Source: Candidatus Poribacteria bacterium (lineage in GTDB: Bacteria; Poribacteria; WGA-4E; WGA-3G). Taken from it: a stretch of DNA of 64,000 nt. The stretch covers positions 32,001 through 96,000 of the forward strand of contig CBDBFU010000002.1 in NCBI GenBank assembly GCA_965205025.1, read 5' to 3'. The notes beneath the pieces are model-generated. The model was not told the DNA's origin and did not search any database. It saw only the letters and a list, made by a program, of their open reading frames with translations. The translations under genes were made by a program, and so were the position numbers. This document shows positions 10,595 through 21,880 of this stretch, in pieces (position 1 is the first letter of the stretch; each line of letters opens with the position of its first letter).

Positions 10595-11767
10595 TAAACT
10601 ATGGTATAGTGCAGCTGCTGCACTCACAGCAGTTCCTGCCTTCACACTATACCCAAACTCAATCAAAAGTTTTTCAATAGCATTCAATACCAGAAGCACG
10701 TTTTGTTCGTTTGCAGCATCCCCCATAAGACCTATACGCCATGCTTTTCCAGCAAATATACCTAATCCACCCCCTATTTCAATGCTATAGTCTTGTAATA
10801 ATCTCTTACGCAAGGTAACATCGTCAATTCCGTCCGGAATTCGGAGTGTAGTTAGCATTGGTAGGCGATAGTCTTCCGCCGCTGCAGGATCAAGACCTAT
10901 GGCTTCTGCTCCTGCAATTAAAGCTGCTGCATTCTGTTCGTGACGTTTATAACGTTCTGATTGTCCTTCCTCCTGTATAATACGGAGTGCTTCTCTTAAG
11001 GCATATATCAGTGACATTGATACAGTATGGTGATATTTACGCGTATCACCTGTCCAGTATTCTTCAAGCAGTGTTACATCAAGATAAAAACTTTGGATTC
11101 TTGTCTTACGTTTCCGAATTACATCCACAGCCCTATCACTAAAACTCACTGGAGAGAGTCCTGGGGGACCGGCAAGACATTTCTGTGTACAACTGTAGGC
11201 AATGTCAATGCCACGCACATCCAAATCAACAGGTTGTCCACCAAGTGATGTCACACAATCAGCCAAGAACAATGCATCATTTTTATGTGTAATGTCAATA
11301 ATATCTTCTAACGGTTGTAGAATACCTGTTGATGTTTCACCATGGACGATGGCAATCAACTTAGGTCTGACTTTTTCACAGGCTTCATCAATCTGTTCAG
11401 GTTGAATTATTTCTCCCCATTCTGCCTCAATAGGTGTGACGACTGCACCACATCGTTCTGCTATATCTGCTATCCTACCGCCAAAATAACCATTAATTCC
11501 TACTATGACAGCATCACCAGGTTCTATAATATTTGCGAGTGATGCTTCCATTCCTGATGTACCGGTACCTGAGACTGGAAAAGTAAGTTTATTCTTTGTC
11601 CCATAAACTTCGCGTAACAATTCTACTGTATCATTCATTATCTGTACAAAGTCAACGTCTAAATATCCCAGCATAGGGGTTGTCATTGCTTTAAGTACAC
11701 GAGGATTGGCTATGGTCGGTCCGGGTCCAAGTAGTATCCGTGGGGGTACTTTTAATTCATCATACAT
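10589..11767 (-). CDS. Class V PLP aminotransferase (alanine-glyoxylate / serine-pyruvate family)
   Basis: LLGPGP, HGETSTG, DCVTSLGG, SCTQKCLAGPPG, YHHT, WRIGLMG. The start at MYDELK (11767) avoids the upstream hairpin. Confidence 0.92.
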   Translation of the reverse strand: MYDELKVPPRILLGPGPTIANPRVLKAMTTPMLGYLDVDFVQIMNDTVELLREVYGTKNKLTFPVSGTGTSGMEASLANIIEPGDAVIVGINGYFGGRIADIAERCGAVVTPIEAEWGEIIQPEQIDEACEKVRPKLIAIVHGETSTGILQPLEDIIDITHKNDALFLADCVTSLGGQPVDLDVRGIDIAYSCTQKCLAGPPGLSPVSFSDRAVDVIRKRKTRIQSFYLDVTLLEEYWTGDTRKYHHTVSMSLIYALREALRIIQEEGQSERYKRHEQNAAALIAGAEAIGLDPAAAEDYRLPMLTTLRIPDGIDDVTLRKRLLQDYSIEIGGGLGIFAGKAWRIGLMGDAANEQNVLLVLNAIEKLLIEFGYSVKAGTAVSAAAALYHSLS

Positions 11768-11827
11768 ACCAAAATTTCCTTTGATTATTCTATTCCATTC
11801 CTGATAACGTTGTCTATGATGCAATGG

Positions 11828-11858
11828 TATAGGGACAGATATAATATCTGTCCCTATA
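11828..11858 (-). terminator. Hairpin between TPR gene and aminotransferase
   Basis: TATAGGGACAGAT-loop-ATCTGTCCCTATA perfect inverted repeat; weak T tract. Confidence 0.55.
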
Positions 11859-11883
11859 AATTAAATCATCCTTATGTCTAAGA

Positions 11884-14800
11884 CTATTCGTTACCGCCCT
11901 CTTGAGTTTGGCGTAGTGGAATATTCTTAGATTTCATGTAATCTTGGATTACCTGAATTTGACGGAGACAATAGTTAATAGCTCCTTCCACTTGGTTGTC
12001 AGATGGAACTAAAGTAGCATACTTCTTAGGTAAGTAGTTGAAATATTCCAATGCGTCGTAGTAATAGTCTACTTCCTTATCAGCGAGCATCGTATAAGCA
12101 TCCCCTATCTTACCATGAGATAGATCACCATACTTCGTAGTTGGATATTCGTTGATAATAGCCTTGAATTGTTCAACAGAAGCTAAAATAGCATCTTTGT
12201 CACCAGACTTTTGAGCCTTGCCGTAGGAATCCATTGCTTGCTTATACTCATTAAGTGCAAGTACACCAGAAGTTTCATTGAGGAATCCTTCGGCAGTACT
12301 CTTTGACTCTGCGTCGAGTCCAGGAACACTTAATGCACGTTTATAACTTGCAATTGCCTCACGGAAAAGACGTATTTGTTCCTCAGCTGGCAATCCCTGC
12401 TCTAAAGCAGCATTATAATGTTTATTGCCTATGTTAATAAAGGCTTCACCAGCAAACGTGCTATTAGGATATTCAGCTACAAGTGTCTCATTTACTTCAA
12501 ACAACTTGTCAAGATATGCTGCCTCTGCTTCCGCATCACCTGCATCCCTTGCTGTTTCAGAAAGAGATTGGTAACAGGTTGCAATTGCGTATAAGGATTC
12601 AGGTGCTTTTTCATGTGATTTGTTCACTTTCCTGACCTTATCATATTCTTCAATAGCTTTAGTAAACTGCTCAGTAATGTAATATGACTCTCCTGCCTGG
12701 TATTGCCATAGTGCAGCGTCTTTCGCACTTGGATAACGTTTAACAAGGTCCTTAAATGCCTTAGCAGAAGCATCAAAATAAGCCACAGCCTGAGTGGACA
12801 TTTCTTCATCAATTCCTACCTGCATCCGACCAAGGTCAAAATTAGCCGATGCCAAATAGGTTAGTGCCGTTTCCACATTCGCTGTCAGGTCGTCTGAGGC
12901 AGGAAATACACCTGCATCTGCATATTTAACATATTCCTTCAATGGATCAATAGCATATATCAATTCTTCTCTGCGTTTGAGACCTATGCCAACAGAGTAG
13001 TAAATTTGTCCAGATTGGAATAGTGAATTTTGCACATACGGGATGACAGTCTGTTTATCCGCTTTCTCTATTGGCATAGCAAGTTTACTAACTAAAAAGA
13101 AAGCACGGGCAGCCATTCCACTGGTATCAATATAAGGTTTGAGATCAGACCCAGCCTCATTAGAGAATACTGAGCGTGCTTTATCAGAATAGAGAAATCC
13201 TAAGTTATATTGTGCTGCAACTTTCTGTGAAACAGTTGCATTTTGATTTGCCTTAAGACTCTCAACTGAACTTTCCGCTTCAGCTATAGCTTCGTCCAAC
13301 CGTCCTAATTTGACGTATAAATCAGAACGACGGATACTGGCATCTGCCACCATTGAAGCAACACCTGCGTTCTTTTCTGAACCATGGTTCGCTATCAAGT
13401 TCTGGAACACTTCTAACGCTTTATCAAGTTCATTAAGTTTGTCTTGATAGATTAGACCTGACCGATAGTAGGATTGTGCTTTTACAACATTATCTGCCAA
13501 CTGAATGGCATTTTGATAACTTACCAAAGCATCATCATATAACTTAAGGTGTTCATCTTGGGCAAATCCCATTGCAAAATAGGAACGTCCCCGAAGATCA
13601 TCATCATCAGTATTTGCGATGATATATTGATACTCCTTGACAGCCGACGCATAATCGCCTACACCGCTATGTAATTCAGCAAGGCGAGAGTGTGCTTGAG
13701 AAATTAGATTCTTTCGATTCTCATCTTCAGTTTGTCCTTCAAGAGCAGTGACTTTCATGAATGCACTAATGGCTGCTTTTGTATCTTTCAATCCCAATTT
13801 TGCCAAACCAAGTGTATAATAAGAACTGATAAGGTTGTCAACATTATCAGTCATCTCAGCGACTTTTTCAGCTGCCGTTGCTGCATTGGTATACCCGAGT
13901 TTTGCGGCTTCAGCATCTTCCGCGTTCTGTGCTATTTGGTAATAACACACAGCAGCTTGATATTGAGCACTTGGAGCAATTTCACTGTCTGGGAAAGTTT
14001 CAACAAACTGTTGATAGGCTGCAAGAGCTTCTTGATAGCGTTCTTTACTATAATACGTATGTCCGATTTTTAGTTGTGAACGGACACGAGCATTTTCTGG
14101 AGCCCCTGGATTATCAATAATTCTTTGCAATCCAGCAATCAACCCCTCGACATTATCTGGGTCAGTGTTCTCAAGAGCAGAAGCTTTAATCAAATCAATC
14201 TGTCCGAGTGTCCGAAGGACTAAGTCGTCGTCACTGTCTGCAAATTCTTCACTGGCTGCGTCTGCAGTCTGCTGAACCAGAGACCATTTAGATGTATCGC
14301 CATGTTTTTGTGCTGCATCTTGATAGACCAATGCTAAACCGTAATAAGCTTCAATAGCATTTGGACTGTCCCCGTATTCTGAAATCACAGAATTAAAAGC
14401 AGTAATTGCCTTGTCTGCAAGTTCAACCTTTTCAGAAGAAGCATGGTAGTAACAGAGACCAACAAGGTAAAGTGCATCATCCGCATATTCCCCTGTTGGA
14501 TTACCATCCACAACAGTTTGATATTGTGTAGCGGCCTCTTCAAAACGTTTCTCTGCGCGTAGTAAGTCAGCGAGTTTAATTTCCGCTAATGAGAGATTGT
14601 CCCTATCGGTAAGTTTCGGCAATATAGAATCGTAGTATGATATAGCTTGCGCTTTATCTCCCTGCCGCACATAACTATTAGCAGTTAGAAGAAGCGCCCG
14701 TTCATGATAATCACTGGATTCAGGAATCATAGCGTACCGTTGTCGTGCCATATCCCAATCACCCAACATTTCGTGTGAAAGTGCTTCATTCATTAGACAT

Positions 14801-16578
14801 GCTTCAACTTGAGGAACACGTTCTGGAAAATCTTGGTATCGTCCTTCATTAATTCCGGGAAGGAATGCGTCATCAGAGAACATATTGAATGCATCTTGGT
14901 ATGCAGCAATAGAGTTGCCAAGGTATTCTGTATTAAAGTTCTCTGTGGAATCGTCGTCTTGATATCCTTCAGGTTTCGCAGCTTCAAAATAGGAACGTCC
15001 TTCAAAGAATTTACCCATCAGCTTCACGAGATGGAACTTAGGTAGTGGACGATAATCCCACAACTTGGCGTATTCTTCGGCAGCTTCCAAATACTGTTTA
15101 AAGTCATCGCGTTTCATATCAGCAAATCGAAGTTGTACTTCTGCTGCAAGAATATCAAATTCGTTATCATTCTTGTTTTTCTCAATAAATTCGTGTGCGA
15201 CTTTCTCCATGTCATCTTTACGACCTAAGTCGTTTAGGGTCCAAATTGCACCATATAAAGCATGCGGTGCTACAGGATTTTCTGGAAAGTCATCAACTGT
15301 TTGCTGATACCATGTCAAAGCAAGTTCAAGAGTAGCATTCGACTCATCCATCATACCTGAATCACGCTGGTTAGTTCCGAGTCTATAATAGGCTTCAGCA
15401 ATTTGGTAAGATGCATACGGTGTGAATTCGAGTGCCCCACCATCACTTTCACTTTTCTCATGTTCAATGACAGATTCATAGGCAGGAATAGCGTCATTCC
15501 AATTCTCCAATTTGAATTGACTATCGGCTATACCAAGCTTTGCATCACCGATGAATGAACTATCAGGATATTCTTCCAATAGTTTCGTGTATTCAACGAT
15601 AGCGTTTTCATAGTCTGTTTGATCATAGTAAGTTTGTCCTATTGCAGACTGAATTTCAGATTGCAGATCTCTATCTGCGGTATTCTGAAGAGCCAATTCG
15701 TAGTTAACACGAGCGTTGTCATAGTCTTTCTGTTTTGCATAAATTGCCCCTTGGTCAAAATAGGCAGCAGTTACAAAATGGTGTTCAGGGAATTGTGTGA
15801 TAAAATTGGTATAACGACTTATAGCTTCATCGTGTCTATCCAATTGATTCAAACAGTATGCAGCTTTATACATTGCTTCTGCTTGCAATTCTGTGAAGTT
15901 CTTGAATTCTTCGGTAGCGAATTTATCAAATTCTGGGTATGCCCCTTCATAGTTATTTTCATCAAGGAAAGATTGAGCTATGAGCAGCTGCGCATCGTCT
16001 TTGAATTCAGAGTTTGGAAACCCTACAAGAATACTATTGAAGGCAGTTCGAGAACTTTCGTAGTTGCCCAACTTATAATTCAATTGTCCTATTGCATACC
16101 AAGCATTCTCTACTCGAAGACTATTCGGGAAATTAGCAATCAATTGTTCGAATTTCGCCTCTGCGAGTTCATACTGTTCTGTCCGATAAAGAATATGTCC
16201 CCAGAGATAGGTTAGACCTTCCTGATGTTTAGCAACGGTAGCAGTTGGTGCGACATCTTCGATATATTGAAGGGCAGTCTCAAAGTGGTTGACGTCCCCT
16301 GATTGTTCAGCAAGCCGTGAATAACAGACTGCAATTTGGAAATTCGCGAGTGTTGTGAAATCCTTATCAATTACTTCCGTCTTAACACCCCGTTTTTTCG
16401 ATTCTTCAAGTGCCTCAGTATACTTTTCAATGGACCCCTCATAATCCCCTTGATCATATAACTCTTTAGCAGTTACATAGAGTTGTTCCACTTTCTTGGA
16501 ACTCCCCATCATGAAGGGAGAGAGGAGTGCGACGACCAAGGCAATACCACCGATAATGCCCAAAATTCTTGGATTCAT
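11884..16578 (-). CDS. Large tetratricopeptide-repeat protein (1564 aa) with N-terminal membrane anchor/signal
   Basis: Many TPR units of the BamD/CpoB type (e.g. AWYAIGQLNYKLGNYESS..FPNSEF); hydrophobic N-terminus; RBS AGGAG. Confidence 0.9.
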   Translation of the reverse strand: MNPRILGIIGGIALVVALLSPFMMGSSKKVEQLYVTAKELYDQGDYEGSIEKYTEALEESKKRGVKTEVIDKDFTTLANFQIAVCYSRLAEQSGDVNHFETALQYIEDVAPTATVAKHQEGLTYLWGHILYRTEQYELAEAKFEQLIANFPNSLRVENAWYAIGQLNYKLGNYESSRTAFNSILVGFPNSEFKDDAQLLIAQSFLDENNYEGAYPEFDKFATEEFKNFTELQAEAMYKAAYCLNQLDRHDEAISRYTNFITQFPEHHFVTAAYFDQGAIYAKQKDYDNARVNYELALQNTADRDLQSEIQSAIGQTYYDQTDYENAIVEYTKLLEEYPDSSFIGDAKLGIADSQFKLENWNDAIPAYESVIEHEKSESDGGALEFTPYASYQIAEAYYRLGTNQRDSGMMDESNATLELALTWYQQTVDDFPENPVAPHALYGAIWTLNDLGRKDDMEKVAHEFIEKNKNDNEFDILAAEVQLRFADMKRDDFKQYLEAAEEYAKLWDYRPLPKFHLVKLMGKFFEGRSYFEAAKPEGYQDDDSTENFNTEYLGNSIAAYQDAFNMFSDDAFLPGINEGRYQDFPERVPQVEACLMNEALSHEMLGDWDMARQRYAMIPESSDYHERALLLTANSYVRQGDKAQAISYYDSILPKLTDRDNLSLAEIKLADLLRAEKRFEEAATQYQTVVDGNPTGEYADDALYLVGLCYYHASSEKVELADKAITAFNSVISEYGDSPNAIEAYYGLALVYQDAAQKHGDTSKWSLVQQTADAASEEFADSDDDLVLRTLGQIDLIKASALENTDPDNVEGLIAGLQRIIDNPGAPENARVRSQLKIGHTYYSKERYQEALAAYQQFVETFPDSEIAPSAQYQAAVCYYQIAQNAEDAEAAKLGYTNAATAAEKVAEMTDNVDNLISSYYTLGLAKLGLKDTKAAISAFMKVTALEGQTEDENRKNLISQAHSRLAELHSGVGDYASAVKEYQYIIANTDDDDLRGRSYFAMGFAQDEHLKLYDDALVSYQNAIQLADNVVKAQSYYRSGLIYQDKLNELDKALEVFQNLIANHGSEKNAGVASMVADASIRRSDLYVKLGRLDEAIAEAESSVESLKANQNATVSQKVAAQYNLGFLYSDKARSVFSNEAGSDLKPYIDTSGMAARAFFLVSKLAMPIEKADKQTVIPYVQNSLFQSGQIYYSVGIGLKRREELIYAIDPLKEYVKYADAGVFPASDDLTANVETALTYLASANFDLGRMQVGIDEEMSTQAVAYFDASAKAFKDLVKRYPSAKDAALWQYQAGESYYITEQFTKAIEEYDKVRKVNKSHEKAPESLYAIATCYQSLSETARDAGDAEAEAAYLDKLFEVNETLVAEYPNSTFAGEAFINIGNKHYNAALEQGLPAEEQIRLFREAIASYKRALSVPGLDAESKSTAEGFLNETSGVLALNEYKQAMDSYGKAQKSGDKDAILASVEQFKAIINEYPTTKYGDLSHGKIGDAYTMLADKEVDYYYDALEYFNYLPKKYATLVPSDNQVEGAINYCLRQIQVIQDYMKSKNIPLRQTQEGGNE

Positions 16579-16753
16579 TACATTCTCCTTTAGATAATAT
16601 TGTAAAACTTCGCGGGTGTAATTGAGACTTGTGTTAACCCGCCGATTCGTCTTGCTGTGACGGAATAACTATTCCTCACATCAGTTTTCAAACTACTCTG
16701 AAGCACGACAAAGCAGTTGAATAGATATATAAATGTCTGGGTAATAGATTCTA

Positions 16754-17674
16754 TTACAAATTACTTAAGACATGAAGTCCTGGAATTGTGAGTATTTCAG
16801 AAGGCACGTGCATTACCTTCGCAACAAACCCGGACAACTTACGATTCTTTGGCTGGATATTTTCAGTAAAAGCAACGACCTGGCTTTCTAATGGACGTGC
16901 TGTATAACTATCATCTTGTATAGGTGATTTTCTACTCAAGATATCTGGTTCTGTATAAACAGTGAGTTCTGATTCGGATGCGTCACTCGGAACAGAACGA
17001 TCATTACTGATATGCATTACTATTATATGTCCACCCGTATCGGTTGTTACCGGATCAGAAAGTGTCCAATAACCATCTTTCTGCATATTTTCAGTAAGTA
17101 TGGGTGAACTAACTTCACCACGGGCATTTCGTTTGGTTCTACGTTGGTTTTGAATATCCTGTAGAAATTCAGTCTGATCTTCAATAGGTGTTGGATTTGC
17201 AGTAACTGTTTGATTATTAACTTCCTGCTGATAGTTTGTAAACGGTAGCATGTTGTGATTTGCCAAATGAATAGTCACAAAACCTACTATCATTATAGAC
17301 AGAAATACACCCATTGGAAGAACATTCCTTCTTATAAAACTATATCTATCAAAATATTGACGGAGTTGCGTCAATATATACCACACATGTTGTGTCGCAG
17401 ATGCTATGACACGTTGGTTCAGTCTTGTCGGTCCTCTTCTATCTATCCGTTGTTGTAATTCTACTTCAAACTGTTGAAAATAGGTGTCTGACACCTCTGG
17501 TTCAACATAGAAACCAACAACGAGATCACGGGTCTTTTTGAGTGCAGTTACTTCATGTTGACACATTGTGCATAATTTTAGATGTGTTTCAACATCCTGT
17601 TTATCCTCTGTTGATAACGTAGCATCTATGTAGTCTGATAGCAATTTTTGTATGGTGTTACATTTCAGTTTCAT
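16754..17674 (-). CDS. Zinc-finger (zf-HC2) transmembrane anti-sigma factor
   Basis: C...LLSDYID...HLKLCTMC (Hx3Cx2C), one TM helix; lies directly downstream of the ECF sigma gene. Confidence 0.85.
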   Translation of the reverse strand: MKLKCNTIQKLLSDYIDATLSTEDKQDVETHLKLCTMCQHEVTALKKTRDLVVGFYVEPEVSDTYFQQFEVELQQRIDRRGPTRLNQRVIASATQHVWYILTQLRQYFDRYSFIRRNVLPMGVFLSIMIVGFVTIHLANHNMLPFTNYQQEVNNQTVTANPTPIEDQTEFLQDIQNQRRTKRNARGEVSSPILTENMQKDGYWTLSDPVTTDTGGHIIVMHISNDRSVPSDASESELTVYTEPDILSRKSPIQDDSYTARPLESQVVAFTENIQPKNRKLSGFVAKVMHVPSEILTIPGLHVLSNL

Positions 17675-17757
17675 TGTTTGTGTTGGTTCTAAACTATTAC
17701 TAATATTAGAACCACTCCTCAAATTAAGTAACACTTAATTAATGAATTTCCGCTATA

Positions 17758-18330
17758 TCAGAATGTATCGGAGTTGGCATCAACGTACGGTTTTAATAAA
17801 ACTCGAAGTTGTTTACGGGCGTAGTGCAGCCGTGATCTGACTGTGCCTTCTGAACAATTTAGAATAGATGCTATTTCTGGGTGTGTTAACCCTTCTAATT
17901 CATGAAGAATAACTACCATACGGTGTTTTAGTGATAGGCTATTAACCGCCTTGGTTACCCAGTGCCGCAATTCAGCTTTTTCAGCCAGAATTTGCGGGTC
18001 ATTACGAACGTCTGTCAGTAATTCGGATTCGTCACCTGTATCAAGAGAAGATTCCCGACGGCGTTTCCGCATCTTTACATAATTGAGTGCTTGATTGACG
18101 GCTATCTTATAAACCCATGTTTCAAATGCTGCCTCCTGCCGAAAGGTGTGAATTGACTGATATACCTTAATAAAGGTTTCTTGCATGACATCATTAGCAT
18201 CTTCATGGTTATTAGTAATCTGCAATGCTAAGCGATGTACCATCCGTTGGTATTTCTTCACCAACGGAGCTAATGCTGTTTCATCACCTTCTCGGAGATG
18301 ATCAATAAGCAAGGCTTCAGTTCTTTCCAC
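17758..18330 (-). CDS. ECF sigma-70 factor
   Basis: DANDVMQETFIKVY, FETWVYKIAVN, EIASILNCSEGTVRSRLHYAR; GTG start at 18330 after GGAG. Confidence 0.92.
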   Translation of the reverse strand: MERTEALLIDHLREGDETALAPLVKKYQRMVHRLALQITNNHEDANDVMQETFIKVYQSIHTFRQEAAFETWVYKIAVNQALNYVKMRKRRRESSLDTGDESELLTDVRNDPQILAEKAELRHWVTKAVNSLSLKHRMVVILHELEGLTHPEIASILNCSEGTVRSRLHYARKQLRVLLKPYVDANSDTF

Positions 18331-18515
18331 GAAACTACTCCTTCGGCATTTGATATGTATAGACAACACAATCTCAAAAACCGTTCAATCTAATTGAATT
18401 ATTATAGCATATATTGATAAATTGTCTATTAAAAAATAGTTTTCACCCTACGAAAAGATACTATATCGGTACGAACAATTCATAGATAAGATAGACTGTT
18501 TATAAATGTAGAAAT

Positions 18516-18554
18516 AAAAAAGGACAATGTGTCTTAGACACATTGTCCTTTTTT
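18516..18554 (-). terminator. Intrinsic terminator after the Ig-like lipoprotein gene
   Basis: AAAAAAGGACAATGTGTC-loop-GACACATTGTCCTTTTTT perfect stem with A and T tracts. Confidence 0.85.
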
Positions 18555-18572
18555 ATCGAAATAGTCAGAAAT

Positions 18573-19217
18573 TTACTCTTTAGCTTTTGTGACAAAGGTA
18601 ATACTGACTTCGGCTTCGTTCCCAGCACCGTCTTTCACTGTACCTGCAATTTCATATTCGGTTTCGTTGCTGAGTTCTTGTCCGGCGTTCCCTGTAAGGG
18701 TAATCTTGTTATCTGAGGCTTCGGATCCCCAACCGACATCATCATCGCCATCCATGAGCATTAGATCTCCAGTGACGTTTTCATTGAAGGTGACCTCAAT
18801 ACCATCTTCAAACACTTTTGCGGGGTCAACGCCTTCAGCACCGTCTTTAGGACTGCTGGCTGTAACTTCTGGAGCGGTTTCATCTGCGGCAACAACTGTA
18901 TAGTTGAGTGTGTGGCTACCGTCACCGTTTGTCCAAGTGAGGTTGAGTGCAAGGGCACCAGGTGTAAAGGGACCAGAGATGGTACGAGATTTACCTGATC
19001 CAGCTACTGTACCGGCACTGGCTGTTACATCACCAGGATTGTTGTCAAATGTAACGGAAATGCTACCATTAGCTGCGAGATCACCACTTGCGGGTGAAGC
19101 ACTTACAAACGCAGCGGCTGCGGGTTCAGGATCATCACCATTTCCACCACAACCAACAATGTAAACGGCAAGCAATGCAGACAGGACTATTGCCAAGGTT
19201 CTAAAATAAAGTTTCAT
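18573..19217 (-). CDS. Lipoprotein with bacterial Ig-like (Big_5-type) domain
   Basis: Lipobox IVGC; DETAPEVTASSPKDGA..IEVTFNE..VKDGAGN..ITFVT. Confidence 0.8.
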   Translation of the reverse strand: MKLYFRTLAIVLSALLAVYIVGCGGNGDDPEPAAAAFVSASPASGDLAANGSISVTFDNNPGDVTASAGTVAGSGKSRTISGPFTPGALALNLTWTNGDGSHTLNYTVVAADETAPEVTASSPKDGAEGVDPAKVFEDGIEVTFNENVTGDLMLMDGDDDVGWGSEASDNKITLTGNAGQELSNETEYEIAGTVKDGAGNEAEVSITFVTKAKE

Positions 19218-19682
19218 GAGTAGTTAACTCCTTAATTAAGGTTTTTCAGAATGTTATATACTTGTATATCAAGTAAAATATTAATTAAAGTGTAATTATA
19301 GATGGAATTTCCGTGTCGTTAGTTATTATTTTCGACAGAAGTACAGGAAATATACCATCAAATCCATGTTTGGTCAAGTAATCTTCAGACTATTTCGTGT
19401 GCCTTCCTCCAATATCTTCAGAGGATAGACGTTGCTTTGAGAATAAAACTTCAACGGAACACTTGTCTTGAATGTCATAATTGGACAAGCAATTTCGGTT
19501 CCGAAAGTCAACACCCAAACTCTATACCTTTAAGTTTAGCAAAAAGTGCAAAAACTGTAAAGGTAAAAAAAATACGTATTTCTCACCCTTAATACTACAA
19601 TACCTAAATGATATTGTAAAGTGAAAAATTAAATTTATTTTGACTTGCTACAAAATAACATAAACGAAAAATATAGTCAAGT

Positions 19683-20747
19683 CTAAATTGAAGCGTCAAT
19701 ATCACCATTTTGCATATCTGAAGGTTTTTGGTTTTCCTGATTGTCAAAAAGCGTAATCTGTTCCGCTCCAGAACCTATATTTTCCTTTTTTAGACTTTCT
19801 GGATCCTTTAACATTTCAACCACAGTGTCAAGTTGATCAGGTAAAAATGATATAGCACCTGTCTTTATAAGTTCATGTGTTCCATCACTTTGCTTATTAT
19901 CTGAACCCCATTGGCATGCGAAGACAGTTCTGTCTTGTAATTCAGCATATCGTGCGGTATGCATTGATCCTCCATCTATTGATGTTTCAATAACTACAGT
20001 TGCCATTGAAAATCCACTAATGATACGATTTCGCCTCACCAAATTGGCTGGTGTGGGTGGGGTTGGAAATGGATGTTCCGAAAAAAGACATCCTTTTTCG
20101 TATATATTCATCGCAAGTTCGTGGTTCTCAGGTGGAAAGATAGATGAAAAATCTGCTGCTACAATACCAACGGTCTTACCGTTTACGCCTAATGCACCAT
20201 AATGTGCATTTGTATCTATACCATTGGCAAGTCCACTTACGATCGTAAAACCTGACTGTACCAAACGGATAGCAAGGTCAAGTGTAACATTAATTGCTTC
20301 AGGTGTAGGCTGTCTACATCCTACAATTGCCACAGTATTTTCGTTTACCTCTGATAATTCTCCGACTCGACAGAGAACAATTGGAGCATCCGGTACAGAT
20401 TTAAGGAGTGCGGGGTATTCACTATCATCACGAAAAAGTACTGTAATACCGTTTTTGGTTAATTCTTCTAATTTTTGCTGTAACTCAGGTAAATTCTTTC
20501 TAACCGTAAGTATTCGTGATGCTAAGATGGGATTAAAGTATGGGAGTTGTGCTATTTCATGTAACTCTGCTTCGAAAACTTGCTCAACACTATCAAAACG
20601 TGCCAACAAACGGTTAATGCGAACTGGTCCTATTCCTTTAACCGAAGCCAGAGCAAACAAGTATTCGCGTTCTCTTTTTTTATCCGTATGTGTCATATCT
20701 ATTGTAGACGTTGCATCCCTATTAATAGCGTGAGTTTGATAAGACAC
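19683..20747 (-). CDS. dprA: DNA-processing protein DprA
   Basis: HhH VKGIGP, YPALL..DAP, VAIVGCR, IVSGLANGID, RRNRIISG. Start may be slightly downstream. Confidence 0.93.
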   Translation of the reverse strand: MSYQTHAINRDATSTIDMTHTDKKREREYLFALASVKGIGPVRINRLLARFDSVEQVFEAELHEIAQLPYFNPILASRILTVRKNLPELQQKLEELTKNGITVLFRDDSEYPALLKSVPDAPIVLCRVGELSEVNENTVAIVGCRQPTPEAINVTLDLAIRLVQSGFTIVSGLANGIDTNAHYGALGVNGKTVGIVAADFSSIFPPENHELAMNIYEKGCLFSEHPFPTPPTPANLVRRNRIISGFSMATVVIETSIDGGSMHTARYAELQDRTVFACQWGSDNKQSDGTHELIKTGAISFLPDQLDTVVEMLKDPESLKKENIGSGAEQITLFDNQENQKPSDMQNGDIDASI

Positions 20748-21038
20748 ATTGTACCCGAACTATTAGATAACACAAGAGTGTACAAACTGGAAAGTTTGTG
20801 CTACAAAGACTATCTTCAGAACAAAATTCTGTTTATCGAACTGACATTTTTATTATCAAACTGACGTTATTAATATATTAGTATGGTTTCATAAGGAAAC
20901 CATAACCATGATGTATACAATTCAAGGATTCTGTGATTGAGTATAACACATTTATATTTTATATACAACAATTAGTGATATGGCATCAGAAGTATTCAAT
21001 TGTCCAGTTTCTCCGAAGTATTAACAGATTTTATTCAA

Positions 21039-21068
21039 TTGACACTTACACCTATTTTAAGGTATCCT
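21039..21068 (+). promoter_or_regulatory. Putative sigma70 promoter
   Basis: TTGACA-18 bp-TATCCT upstream of the livG-like gene. Confidence 0.5.
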
Positions 21069-21097
21069 ATAAGTTATGATTACAGTAGGAGAGAAGT

Positions 21098-21880
21098 ATG
21101 GCAGAACAACCTGTAAACATCCTTGAAACAGAAGAATTAAGTCGACATTACGGTGGTGTTATAGCCTTATCAAAAGTAAATCTGGAAGTACGTTCTGGTC
21201 AAATTTCCAGTTTAATCGGTCCAAACGGTGCTGGCAAAACAACACTATTTAATTGTGTAACGGGATTAGATAAACCCACTATTGGAAAAGTCCGTTTTTC
21301 AGGTAGATATATAACGGGTTTACGTCCAGATGAGGTGACTGGACTGGGAATCGCCAGAACATTCCAAAACATCAGATTATTTAGTGAATTAACTGTCTTA
21401 GACAACGTAAAAATAGGAAGGCATCCTCGTACTTCAAGTTCTTTTCTTGGTTCAGTGTTAAGGACTGCAAAACAAAAACAGGAAGAGAACGAAATTATAG
21501 ATTCTGCCATGGAAATGCTCAATTTTGTTGGATTAGGTGATATTAGCGAACAGAAAGCGGGGAACCTATCCTACGGAGACCAACGGCGTGTTGAAATTGC
21601 CAGAGCATTAGCAACCCAACCAATACTACTTCTCTTAGATGAACCTGCCGCAGGGATGAATCCGCAAGAAACGCAAGAACTTATTGATTTGATATATACC
21701 ATTCGCGAGCAAGGCATATCTGTACTCCTCATAGAACACGACATGAAATTGGTCATGAAAATTTCTGATTGGGTTTCGGTTTTAGATCATGGTGAGAAAA
21801 TTAGTACCGGCATTCCTGCTGATGTACAAAATGATGAACGTGTAATTGCTGCCTACTTAGGAACATCTGATGATGCTTAA
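21098..21880 (+). CDS. livG: Branched-chain amino acid ABC transporter ATP-binding protein (LivG-like)
   Basis: GPNGAGKTT, GIARTFQNIRLF, LSYGDQRRVEIARAL, LDEPAAG, IEHDM. Confidence 0.92.
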   Translation: MAEQPVNILETEELSRHYGGVIALSKVNLEVRSGQISSLIGPNGAGKTTLFNCVTGLDKPTIGKVRFSGRYITGLRPDEVTGLGIARTFQNIRLFSELTVLDNVKIGRHPRTSSSFLGSVLRTAKQKQEENEIIDSAMEMLNFVGLGDISEQKAGNLSYGDQRRVEIARALATQPILLLLDEPAAGMNPQETQELIDLIYTIREQGISVLLIEHDMKLVMKISDWVSVLDHGEKISTGIPADVQNDERVIAAYLGTSDDA

